Part shown: one piece after another, positions 9,716 to 18,106 of the stretch | Layout: the number at the start of each line of letters is the position of its first letter | Numbering within the stretch: position 1 is the stretch's first letter | Source: a bacterium | Lineage (GTDB): Bacteria > Patescibacteriota > Minisyncoccia > UBA6257 > UBA9933 | Direction: 5' to 3' | Assembly: GCA_021796335.1 (NCBI GenBank) | Contig: JAJYHZ010000001.1 | Span: forward strand, 1-55,755 | Length of the DNA stretch: 55,755 nt | The notes under the pieces: generated by a model | Databases searched by the model: none | Seen by the model: only the letters and a program-made list of their open reading frames with translations | Told to the model about the DNA's origin: nothing | Program-made: the position numbers and the translations under genes

Positions 9716-9748
9716 TACAAAATAGCACATTTGTGCTATTTTGTAAAG
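9716..9748 (-). promoter_or_regulatory. sigma70-like promoter overlapped by a 14-bp-arm palindrome
   Basis: Minus strand TTTACA-17 bp-(TGC)TATTTT; TACAAAATAGCACA-TT-TGTGCTATTTTGTA at 9716-9745. Confidence 0.55.
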
Positions 9749-9859
9749 GTTTAAGGAGTAGATCTACCTTCCATAAGCTCACTCCAATAAAATCTAATTT
9801 TCTTCCTCTTTTTATTTGCTATTACTTATAATTAATAACTATCAACTAAAAATTATCTT

Positions 9860-10252
9860 CTATTTGCTTTTTATCTTAATCTTCTTCCCCTCCCTTTTTT
9901 CTTCTGCTTTCGGCATTATTACTTTTAAAATCCCTTTTTCATAGGTGGCATTGATTTTATCTTCGTCAACTGGCATCGGCAAACGGACCATTCTTTCAAA
10001 CGATCCTCGCCTGATTTCTTTTTTATAATATCCCTTTCTTTCCTCTTCGTTTTCTTCTTTGCTTTCTCCGCTTATTATCAAATTATCATTTTCAATTGAA
10101 ATACTGATGTCATCGGGATTGAAATCCGGAATATTCGCTTCCGCCACCAGTTCATTGTCGGTCTCATACAAATCAATTGCCGGTTTCGATCCCAAAATAA
10201 TCGGCATAAACCAATCGTTATTATCGAAAAATGGTCGCGGAAATGGAGGCAT
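9860..10252 (-). CDS. Hsp20/alpha-crystallin small heat-shock protein
   Basis: PAIDLYETD, GSFERMVRLP, ATYEKGILKVIMPK; start chosen at ATG 10252 rather than TTG 10285. Confidence 0.92.
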   Translation of the reverse strand: MPPFPRPFFDNNDWFMPIILGSKPAIDLYETDNELVAEANIPDFNPDDISISIENDNLIISGESKEENEEERKGYYKKEIRRGSFERMVRLPMPVDEDKINATYEKGILKVIMPKAEEKREGKKIKIKSK

Positions 10253-10373
10253 AAAGAAGAAAAATTTCCAATGTCTAATTTCCAATTATTCTTAAAAAAT
10301 TAGAAATTAAAACGATTAACTAATTAGAAATTGTATTTAATCTTATTTATATTATACTAAATTTATCGATATT

Positions 10374-10910
10374 ATGGAAAAAAATACGGATTTATCGGCT
10401 TCGATAGAAGCCCTGCTTTTTGTCCATGGCGAGTCATTGGAGATTAAAAAGATCGCTCAAATATTGAACGAATCTGAATCGTCAATCAAAACAGCTTTGG
10501 AAAATTTAAATGAAATCCTGAAGGATAGGGGACTGACTTTGATTTTTTCCGGTAATCGCGTTCAATTGGCTACCAAGCCGGAATTTGCCCCGTTTCTGGA
10601 AAATTTCATCAAAAATGAGTTTGAAGAGAACTTGACTCCGGCTGCTTTGGAGACTTTATCCCTTGTCGCTTACCTCGGTCCGATTTCGCGCCCTCGCATA
10701 GACTATATTCGCGGGGTCAATTCCGCTTACACCATTCGCAATCTGATGATGCGCGGTTTGATCGAAAAAGTTTTAGATGCAAAAGCTGGCAATTCTTTCC
10801 TTTACCAGGCCAGTTTTGATCTGTTAAAATATCTCGGTATTTCCAGATCCGAAGATTTGCCTGAGTTTGAAAAATACAAATCATTAATTTCGGAAACAGC
10901 CGCCAATTAA
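10374..10910 (+). CDS. scpB: SMC-Scp complex subunit ScpB
   Basis: IEALLFV, VQLATKPE, LTPAALETLSLVAY, IDYIRGVNS, LMMRGLI. Confidence 0.93.
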   Translation: MEKNTDLSASIEALLFVHGESLEIKKIAQILNESESSIKTALENLNEILKDRGLTLIFSGNRVQLATKPEFAPFLENFIKNEFEENLTPAALETLSLVAYLGPISRPRIDYIRGVNSAYTIRNLMMRGLIEKVLDAKAGNSFLYQASFDLLKYLGISRSEDLPEFEKYKSLISETAAN

Positions 10911-11849
10911 ATGAGAAAATTAGGAATTTTTTTTATTTTAATAGCCATTCCCGTCGCTTTCACTTTAATCAAGGCGTCGGGATTAAGCGCCAATGAAATA
11001 ACGGTAAATACCGCCAATGTTGAAGATAAAATCATAAACATTCCGACTGATACAAACTCTCAGCTCAACCAAAATATCCCCGAAATTGTTTCGCAAAATC
11101 CCGTCTCGACCTCTTCCGGCCAGACTTCCAACCAATGCCAGCCCGACATTGGCGCTCAAATCGTCGTTATCAGATATTTAAATAATCCTTATGCCGTTTA
11201 TGAAATGAATTCCGACAGCCGTTGGCCGATTGCTTCCATTACAAAATTAATGACCGCCGTTATCGCTCTTGAAAACGTCGATCAAAATAAAAAAATCACT
11301 CTTACGGCCGACATAATTTCCAAACAGGACAATTACTCCGAATTGAAAAAGGGAGGAATTTACACGGTTAAGGATCTCATAAAGGCAATGATGATGATTT
11401 CCAGCAATAATGCGGCGGACGCAATTGCTCGCGATTTCGGCGAAGAAAATTTTATCGCGTTAATGAACCAAAAAGCCCGGGGTTTGAGTATGTTTAACAC
11501 CCAATATTTCGATCCTACGGGTTTGACTGTTAATAATCAGTCCACTCCCAATGATCTGATCAAGCTGATTACTTATATATATAATAATTACCCGGATTTG
11601 CTTAAAATGACTCGAACGCGCAAAGATTACGTAACCGATTTGAATTCCGATAGAAGGATAACCCTGACGAATATTGATGATTTTGCCGGCCAAGTCGGAT
11701 TTATCGGCGGGAAAACAGGCTATATCGATCAGTCGCAAGGTAATTTAATTTCATTGTTTAAAGAATCGAACGGTCCGGTTGTTTTTGTCGTTATGGGAAG
11801 CCAAAACAGGTTTGGTGATACGCAAAAATTGCTAAACTGCTTGAAATAA
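10911..11849 (+). CDS. D-alanyl-D-alanine carboxypeptidase (peptidase S11)
   Basis: PIASITKLMTA (SxxK), SSNNAA (SxN), GGKTG (KTG); N-terminal signal/anchor. Confidence 0.9.
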   Translation: MRKLGIFFILIAIPVAFTLIKASGLSANEITVNTANVEDKIINIPTDTNSQLNQNIPEIVSQNPVSTSSGQTSNQCQPDIGAQIVVIRYLNNPYAVYEMNSDSRWPIASITKLMTAVIALENVDQNKKITLTADIISKQDNYSELKKGGIYTVKDLIKAMMMISSNNAADAIARDFGEENFIALMNQKARGLSMFNTQYFDPTGLTVNNQSTPNDLIKLITYIYNNYPDLLKMTRTRKDYVTDLNSDRRITLTNIDDFAGQVGFIGGKTGYIDQSQGNLISLFKESNGPVVFVVMGSQNRFGDTQKLLNCLK

Positions 11850-11913
11850 TTTAAAGTAATCAATACGAATCGAATTTTGAGAGTTCTATTTTTTAGAAAT
11901 TAGAAATTTATTT

Positions 11914-12993
11914 ATGTACCTGATTCACGTTTTTTTAATCGTTAAAATACTGAGTTATTTTATTTTTTCATTTTTAGTTGCGGCGGTGTTGGCTCCTGTT
12001 CTCATTCATTTTCTTTACAAATACAAGGCCTGGAAGAAAAAACCGAAGGAAAAATCCATCGGCGGTTATGCCACCCCGATTTTTCAAAAATTTCATTCCA
12101 AAAAAGAAGTTAGCACTCCGCGCATGGGCGGAATTTTAATTTGGGGAACAGTCTTGATTGTTTCCGTTGCTGATTTGATTTTGACGAACGTCCTGCCTCT
12201 TCATGCCGCAGAAAACATAAATTTTTTAAGCCGTTCCGAAACTTGGCTTCCGTTTTTTACGCTGATTGCCGCCTCTGTTCTTGGATTAATAGATGATCTG
12301 ATGACTGTTAAGGATAACGGCAAATACATCAGTGGGGGAATGCGATTCAAAACCAGACTGCTTCTAGTCACTATTATCGCTTTAATCGGCGCCTGGTGGT
12401 TTCATTATAAGCTGGGCTGGAGCAGTATTTATATTCCTTTCCATGGGGATGTGTTTATTGACGGTTTTTATATTGTTCTTTTCGTCTTGGCCATTTTAGC
12501 CACCTTTTCCAGTGGAGTTGTCGATGGCTTGGACGGATTGTCCGCCGGTGTCATGGCGCCGATTTTTACGGCTTTTGCTATTATTGCTTATGCAAGAGGA
12601 AAATACGATTTGGCCACCTTTATAGTTATTATTATCGGCGCATTGGTAACTTATTTATGGTTTAATGTTCCGCCCGCCAAATTTTACATGGGGGAAACCG
12701 GAATTTTGGGCTTAACAACCACTTTGGCCGTTATCGCGTTCTTAACAAATTCCATTTTTTTCCTTCCGATTATCGGCATGGTCTTGGTTATCGAAGCGGC
12801 TTCGGTTATCATTCAACTGACTTCCAAAAAATTACGTCATGGCCAAAAAGTCTTTTTAGCCGCGCCGATTCACCATCATTTTGAGGCAAAAGGTTGGTCG
12901 GAAAGCCAGATCACAATGCGTTTCTGGATTATCTCAGCCGTGTTTTCCGGTTTAGGATTAATTCTTTATTTTTTGAGCAAGTTTTTGGTTTAA
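11914..12993 (+). CDS. mraY: phospho-N-acetylmuramoyl-pentapeptide transferase
   Basis: TPRMGG, GLIDD, DGLDGL, FNVPPAKFYMG, APIHHHFE; about 10 TM segments. Confidence 0.9.
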   Translation: MYLIHVFLIVKILSYFIFSFLVAAVLAPVLIHFLYKYKAWKKKPKEKSIGGYATPIFQKFHSKKEVSTPRMGGILIWGTVLIVSVADLILTNVLPLHAAENINFLSRSETWLPFFTLIAASVLGLIDDLMTVKDNGKYISGGMRFKTRLLLVTIIALIGAWWFHYKLGWSSIYIPFHGDVFIDGFYIVLFVLAILATFSSGVVDGLDGLSAGVMAPIFTAFAIIAYARGKYDLATFIVIIIGALVTYLWFNVPPAKFYMGETGILGLTTTLAVIAFLTNSIFFLPIIGMVLVIEAASVIIQLTSKKLRHGQKVFLAAPIHHHFEAKGWSESQITMRFWIISAVFSGLGLILYFLSKFLV

Positions 12994-13012
12994 TAATTAG
13001 TTTGGAGTATAA

Positions 13013-13048
13013 GCGGGGATTGCCCGCTGAAGCTTCAGCAAAGGCGGG
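13013..13048. repeat. palindromic element immediately 5' of tRNA-Gly
   Basis: GCGGG-GATTG-CCCGC hairpin (13013-13027) and perfect 14-bp palindrome GCTGAAGCTTCAGC (13026-13039). Confidence 0.6.
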
Positions 13049-13117
13049 ATTCGTATAGTGGCAGTACGTGACCTTCCCAAGGTTAAAGCGCCAGTCCGAT
13101 TCTGGTATCCCGCTCCA
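13044..13117 (+). tRNA. tRNA-Gly (anticodon CCC), CCA encoded
   Basis: Acceptor GCGGGAT/ATCCCGC, anticodon arm TGACC-TTCCCAA-GGTTA, T-arm GCCAG-TCCGATT-CTGGT, discriminator T then CCA. Confidence 0.93.
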
Positions 13118-13158
13118 TTGTTTTTGACAATATTTTTAGATTCTTGAATAATATATTT

Positions 13159-13635
13159 ATGTCCGAAGCATGTAAAAAGGAATTGCCTCCTAATAGAGAT
13201 ATCTCCAAACAATTTTTTGTTAATGAAGAAGAAATAATAGAAAAGCTAAATTTGTTAAGCATTAATTTTAAATATTTTAAAAATAAAGAGGATAGAATAG
13301 AATACATTTTCTTAAATGTCCAAAAAGTAGAAGGAACTAATGCTTTTTATCTTGATACAAAAGATAAAAAAGTCATTTATTTTCATTTTCACTTTAATGG
13401 CAACAATATATTGCATCCAAAAGATAAACACGTAATTTCCGCAGAAGAATTACTTGAATATATGAATGATAATTTTGAAGATGTTGATGAAATTGTTTAT
13501 GGGTGTTGTTATCCAGATAGAGCAAGAAAAATTATTCGAAAACCAGTCTTTATTATTGGTTCAGGATTTTCTAGTGAATACAGGACTAAATACAATAGTA
13601 GAAAAAAATCCGTTACTATTTCGCCAGCTGCATAA
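13159..13635 (+). CDS. AT-rich hypothetical protein
   Basis: 158 aa from ATG 13159; visibly more AT-rich than the flanking core genes; HFHFNG...GCCYP motif. Confidence 0.7.
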   Translation: MSEACKKELPPNRDISKQFFVNEEEIIEKLNLLSINFKYFKNKEDRIEYIFLNVQKVEGTNAFYLDTKDKKVIYFHFHFNGNNILHPKDKHVISAEELLEYMNDNFEDVDEIVYGCCYPDRARKIIRKPVFIIGSGFSSEYRTKYNSRKKSVTISPAA

Positions 13636-13773
13636 TTTAGAAATAAAAAATTAATTAATATACTTAAAATATGCCTGACCTTGCGGATTGTTGATTGTTA
13701 CATTGTCTAATGTAAAATTAGGTAAATAAAGCGGTTCGGACGAGTTTTGATAAAAATTTTAAAATATCATCCG

Positions 13774-14109
13774 CTACCCCGCCCGTAAATAAAAATTTCC
13801 AGCGAATCGTTGGAAATTTTTATTTATATTAAGAGTAGTCGAGGAATCGAACACAAATATTACAAGGCAACATATGGTGAGCTTAAATTCGTGTATGAAA
13901 TGAAACTCATTTTTGTTATACCCGGCCGCAACCTTTTTGATGATGGGATTAAGACCACCAACCTCCACCACCTTCAATAGGTCTTCGGCAAGTGCGTTGT
14001 TCTTGGATTGGATAATCCGCTGAGCAAGCTCTGCCTGAAAACCAACTGCTTCCAGTTTGTTTAAAAGCTCGTTTCCTTGCCCTCTTCCGATTGGCTCACG
14101 ATTTTCCAT
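13774..14109 (-). CDS. hypothetical protein, possibly 3'-truncated
   Basis: GGAGGT SD 5 nt upstream of ATG; the N-terminus (GQGNELLNKLEAVG...IIQSKNNALA) looks like a CPR-type family, while the C-terminus looks non-coding. Confidence 0.55.
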   Translation of the reverse strand: MENREPIGRGQGNELLNKLEAVGFQAELAQRIIQSKNNALAEDLLKVVEVGGLNPIIKKVAAGYNKNEFHFIHEFKLTICCLVIFVFDSSTTLNINKNFQRFAGNFYLRAG

Positions 14110-14196
14110 CGCATACCTCCGAAACTGGCTTGATTGCTAACTATTTTTGAGATTTAAAGGATTGCAAGTTATTTCAATTTTGCAAAATAAATTGAT

Positions 14197-15201
14197 TTAA
14201 AAGTCGCCGGGATCCAAATGTGTGGAATACTTATCAAGATAGGGCAGAGGCGTGTCCGCGCATATGAATGTGGCTACCACTTCTCCTTTGGAATTTCTGA
14301 ATTTATCAAAATCAGCCGAATTATTTTTTAGAAATTTAAGAAGTCCCGCCAGGGCAAGGCCGGAGCTAGGGCCGGCCATAATTCCGGCTCTGCACAATTC
14401 CAGGCTGTTTTTGAACGATTCTCTTGTTTCTGCTTCAATTTTATAATCTATCGCCTTATTCCAATCCAATTTGATTTCTTTCAGTCTTTTCTCGTTTCGC
14501 ACTCCTGGAACCGCATGTTTGGGCGCGCAAAGCGTTCCGACAATGGCTATGTTTTTCGATTTTTTTCTGAAATAATTGCTGGCTCCGACAACCGTTCCCG
14601 AAGTCCCGAGGGCCGCGCAGAAAATCGTAAGATCACTTCCCAATTGATTCCAAATTTGATGAGTTGTCCATTTCTCATGCGCCGATCCGTTTGCTTTATT
14701 TTCGTACTGCGCCGGATTGAAATGATTTTTCTTTTTGCCCATTCGGCGCGCCTTTTCTATTCCGCTTGGCTTACCGGGCAATTCTTCGTTGAATACTAGC
14801 TCCGCTCCAAAAAGCCGCAGTAATTCCAATTTCCCCGGAGCGATATCTTTTGGAACAATTGCTTTTACGTTGTTTATTCCAAACAGCGGAGCGATAGCCG
14901 CAAGCGAAAAAGCCGTATTCCCCGAAGAATGTTCCACTATCGTATCCACTCCCTTGAGTTCTCCCGCTTTTTTCGCTTCGAAAAGCATGTTTAAAGCAGT
15001 TAATGACTTTAAATTTAAAAGCGGCAGAAGATACATCAGTTTCGCAAAAATCCTGACTTTGTTTTTGGCAAAAGGGTTTAAACGCCCCGGTAATTCCACA
15101 AGCGGCGTTGGCAGATTATTGTCCGGATTCAAAAAATCAAGAATTGCGCGCGATCCCTTAAAAACATTTGAAGACTCTCTTTTTTTATTTCCGTTTTTCA
15201 T
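14197..15201 (-). CDS. PLP-dependent cysteine synthase-like enzyme (divergent subfamily)
   Basis: PTPLVEL, AKLMYLLPLLNLKS (PLP Lys), SSGNT, NPAQYEN, LGTSGT, GPSSGLA; ATG at 15201. Confidence 0.87.
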   Translation of the reverse strand: MKNGNKKRESSNVFKGSRAILDFLNPDNNLPTPLVELPGRLNPFAKNKVRIFAKLMYLLPLLNLKSLTALNMLFEAKKAGELKGVDTIVEHSSGNTAFSLAAIAPLFGINNVKAIVPKDIAPGKLELLRLFGAELVFNEELPGKPSGIEKARRMGKKKNHFNPAQYENKANGSAHEKWTTHQIWNQLGSDLTIFCAALGTSGTVVGASNYFRKKSKNIAIVGTLCAPKHAVPGVRNEKRLKEIKLDWNKAIDYKIEAETRESFKNSLELCRAGIMAGPSSGLALAGLLKFLKNNSADFDKFRNSKGEVVATFICADTPLPYLDKYSTHLDPGDF

Positions 15202-15208
15202 AATAAAA

Positions 15209-16264
15209 TTATTTTTTCCGCACAATGCAAAACGGCGTCATCTCATCCGACTGGCCCAGGGGATTATCCTTAAAAAGCTTGCCGATGAAATTTTCGCTGA
15301 TTTTTCCCGTTGATTTTCCCAAAGAAAATGCTCCACGGTAATTTGCATCCAGAATAACAGCCTCGCATCCGATTTCATTCTTTATGCGTCTCGCAGCTCC
15401 GTTTGGATTATTCGGCGCAAGTTTTACCGAATGAGCGTATTCTAAAATAAGAAAAGACATCGGACAATCGACTGATTTCGCCAGTTTCCCGGAAATCCTG
15501 TAAAACAAACCGCGAATGCCAAGCGGCCGCGTTATAGCTGAAACGACTGCGGCCAAAAAAATACGCAAATACCCGGCTTCTCCTATGAATGATTGCATTG
15601 CGATGGCGGTGCCATGGCCGAATCCCCGGAATTCATTTGAGCCGTAATAATTGCCGACATTTCGGGCAAGAAATCGCGCGAATGATGTTGGCTTTATTTC
15701 ACTCATATCAATCACACGTCCCTGGGTAATTGTAAGCGCCTTTTCGCTTACAAAAAGGATGTCGCCTGGTTTAATATAAGGATGGACGTACTCTTTAATA
15801 ATCGGCAGGATATCTTTGTCTTGCATGGTGATAAGCCGGGTTTTTACCGGTAACCGTTGATAAATAATCCCGTCAACGTCAATGTCGATTTTTTTGCCGG
15901 GATTCGGGATAAATTCACCGGATGGCGAAGGCGATTGTTTGTCAGGTTTTTCAAAAATGACTTTTTCTCCCCGGAAAAGAGCGAATAATTTTTCTACAAG
16001 GGTTTTTATATTATTCGGGTTATCGTGAATAGCTGTTCGAGATTGCAAAAGTTCCGTTGCTTCCATATATAAGATATGCGCCTCATCTGCGGTATTTGTT
16101 GTAAATATGGCTTCTGCCAAAACTGCATTATTGCTTGCCGATAAAACTCGCATAATTATCGAACCGTTTTCTCTGGACAGGTAATTAATAATCAAACCAG
16201 TCTGATCTTTTACTTCGTCATAGACCAAGGGTTTTTCCATAATTTTTATATTATCATCTGCCAT
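15209..16264 (-). CDS. CofE-like (F420-0:gamma-glutamyl ligase family) protein with extra N-terminal domain
   Basis: LPVKTRLI, GDILFVSEKA...QGR, ILDAN, DNPLGQSDEMTP; about 120 aa unassigned N-terminal extension. Confidence 0.75.
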   Translation of the reverse strand: MADDNIKIMEKPLVYDEVKDQTGLIINYLSRENGSIIMRVLSASNNAVLAEAIFTTNTADEAHILYMEATELLQSRTAIHDNPNNIKTLVEKLFALFRGEKVIFEKPDKQSPSPSGEFIPNPGKKIDIDVDGIIYQRLPVKTRLITMQDKDILPIIKEYVHPYIKPGDILFVSEKALTITQGRVIDMSEIKPTSFARFLARNVGNYYGSNEFRGFGHGTAIAMQSFIGEAGYLRIFLAAVVSAITRPLGIRGLFYRISGKLAKSVDCPMSFLILEYAHSVKLAPNNPNGAARRIKNEIGCEAVILDANYRGAFSLGKSTGKISENFIGKLFKDNPLGQSDEMTPFCIVRKK

Positions 16265-16406
16265 TTTTTTGCACAAATAATATTTAAGCTGATGAGTATG
16301 GCTGTGTTATCGGAAACTTAAATCATCCCCGATGCCCTATTTCCGCGGCGGACTAAATTTATTTTAAATCTTGCTAATTCGTCCGCAATGGTTAATAATA
16401 ATAACA

Positions 16407-16784
16407 ATGCTTATACGTGTTTGCACGGGAAAAATTCACAGGGCGACAGTTACGCAAGCCGAACTACACTATGTCGGTTCCGTTACCATCGACGAAGAAC
16501 TGATTGAAAAAGCCGGTCTTAGACCGTTTCAAATGGTAAATATCAACAATCTGTCAAATGGCACTTTTTGGCAGACATATATTGTTGCCGGGAAAAGGCA
16601 TAGCGGTGACGTGTGTTTGAACGGACCGCCGGCCAGGCATTTTCATCCAGGAGATAAAGTCATAATATTGGGGGAATCGTATGTTGATCCGGCCGAAATG
16701 GATGATCTTAATCCCGTTGTGGTATTCGTTGATGACAATAATAAAATAACCGAAATAAAAAAACATAAAACGATTCGCAATTAA
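16407..16784 (+). CDS. panD: aspartate 1-decarboxylase (pyruvoyl-dependent)
   Basis: K9-I-H11-RATVT, self-cleavage site G24-S25 (YVGSVTID), T57-Y58, LNGPPAR, GDKVII. Confidence 0.93.
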   Translation: MLIRVCTGKIHRATVTQAELHYVGSVTIDEELIEKAGLRPFQMVNINNLSNGTFWQTYIVAGKRHSGDVCLNGPPARHFHPGDKVIILGESYVDPAEMDDLNPVVVFVDDNNKITEIKKHKTIRN

Positions 16785-16830
16785 ATCTTGCGTGGTGGAC
16801 AATCCGATGTCGAACCGTTAAAATTATCCA

Positions 16831-17277
16831 ATGAGAGAAAAACCCCTTGTTTTAATAGTAGATGACGAACCTGATATCAGGGATTTGCTTAAATTTAAAT
16901 TAAGCGGCAACGGCTTTGACGTCGCTGAAGCCGGCGACGGCGTCGAAGGCGTTGAAATGGCTCGCAAAACCAAACCCGATATTATAATTATGGACCTTGT
17001 CATGCCGAGAATGGATGGCGCGGCAGCATTATTTAAAATCAAAGAAGATGAGGATCTTAAAGACATAAAGATATTCATGTTTACCGGCAAAGGCGATCCT
17101 CGTCCCGAATTCGCCGAAGTAAACCGCAAATTCGCTCGTGAAAGCGGTGCTGTTGATTTTATCCGGAAAGAAAGCGATCTTAATGAATTGGTCGCCAAGC
17201 TTCAACACACGGTTCAGGAAACAAGAGATGACGAAAAGTTTAAAGAGGAAAGAGAAAAGCTCCAAGAAGGAATTTAA
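16831..17277 (+). CDS. single-domain response regulator 1 (CheY-like)
   Basis: IVDDE, MDLVMP (phospho-Asp), FTGKG, FIRKE; short charged C-terminal tail. Confidence 0.92.
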   Translation: MREKPLVLIVDDEPDIRDLLKFKLSGNGFDVAEAGDGVEGVEMARKTKPDIIIMDLVMPRMDGAAALFKIKEDEDLKDIKIFMFTGKGDPRPEFAEVNRKFARESGAVDFIRKESDLNELVAKLQHTVQETRDDEKFKEEREKLQEGI

Positions 17278-17318
17278 TTTTCGCAAAATTCTTCGCGCTT
17301 GCCGCGAAGAAATTTACT

Positions 17319-17990
17319 ATGTCTCCGAAAACATTTCAGCAAATCGTCTATTGGCCTATTTTTGCAACGCTTAAATTATTTTTTAATTTTCAAATATACG
17401 GCCGGGAAAATATAAAAGGCTTGGAAAATAAGCCCGTTATTTTTGCCTCCAATCATGCTAACAGGATCGACGGCGTAATCTGCGGCATGGCTTTGCCCCG
17501 GAATAGTTTTGTTCCTCAGAAATTCTTTCCGATCAGATTTCTCGCCGATCATCAGTTTTGCAATTGGGAAAAAAGTCCATTTCCGTTTCCGCTGTCGATT
17601 TTATCTGCGGATTTTGTGAATATGGCCGGTTCGATTCCGGTTATTTCTGGCACCAAGCAGCCGCTTGATGTTGTTTTGGCCGAACCTATCAAGGTCTTAA
17701 AAAATGACGGAAAATTCTGGATCTTTCCCGAAGGCAGAATGACGCGGGACGGAAAACTTCAACCCGGAAAACGCGGCGCAGTTTTTATTCATCAAAAAAC
17801 CGATGCGATTCTCGTACCGGTCGGCCTGATTAACAGCTATAAAATGTTCAGCCTAAGAAATCTGATTAATTTTCTGTTTAAAAAGAAAAAACTGGAATTA
17901 AAATTCGGAAAGCCGATTAATCTGAAAAGCGAATCGGTCGAAACAGGAACGGAAAAATTAATGGCGGAAATTGCTCGGCTTATCAGCTGA
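17319..17990 (+). CDS. PlsC-like (lysophospholipid) acyltransferase 1
   Basis: SNHANRID (HX4D), IFPEGRMT, GKRGA, VPVGL. Confidence 0.88.
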   Translation: MSPKTFQQIVYWPIFATLKLFFNFQIYGRENIKGLENKPVIFASNHANRIDGVICGMALPRNSFVPQKFFPIRFLADHQFCNWEKSPFPFPLSILSADFVNMAGSIPVISGTKQPLDVVLAEPIKVLKNDGKFWIFPEGRMTRDGKLQPGKRGAVFIHQKTDAILVPVGLINSYKMFSLRNLINFLFKKKKLELKFGKPINLKSESVETGTEKLMAEIARLIS

Positions 17991-18106
17991 TTACAGTTAA
18001 GCGGGTTAAGCAATCATTCTGGGCGGAGCGAAGAACTCGATTTTATCCGATTGATTGTTGATTGCAAAACAACGGTTAAACTGTTTTAATTAAAAATAAA
18101 TTAATT

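Noticed and set aside
9597-9782. 61-aa minus-strand ORF upstream of the 9572 gene
   Set aside because: It runs through the predicted promoter palindrome and lacks an SD or any motif; likely non-coding.
10253-10373. CIRCE/HrcA operator upstream of hsp20
   Set aside because: No TTAGCACTC-N9-GAGTGCTAA present; only degenerate heptamer tracts.
16282-16323. Complete hammerhead ribozyme
   Set aside because: Core nucleotides are present but stems I and III with an NUH cleavage triplet cannot be formed; kept only as a candidate motif.
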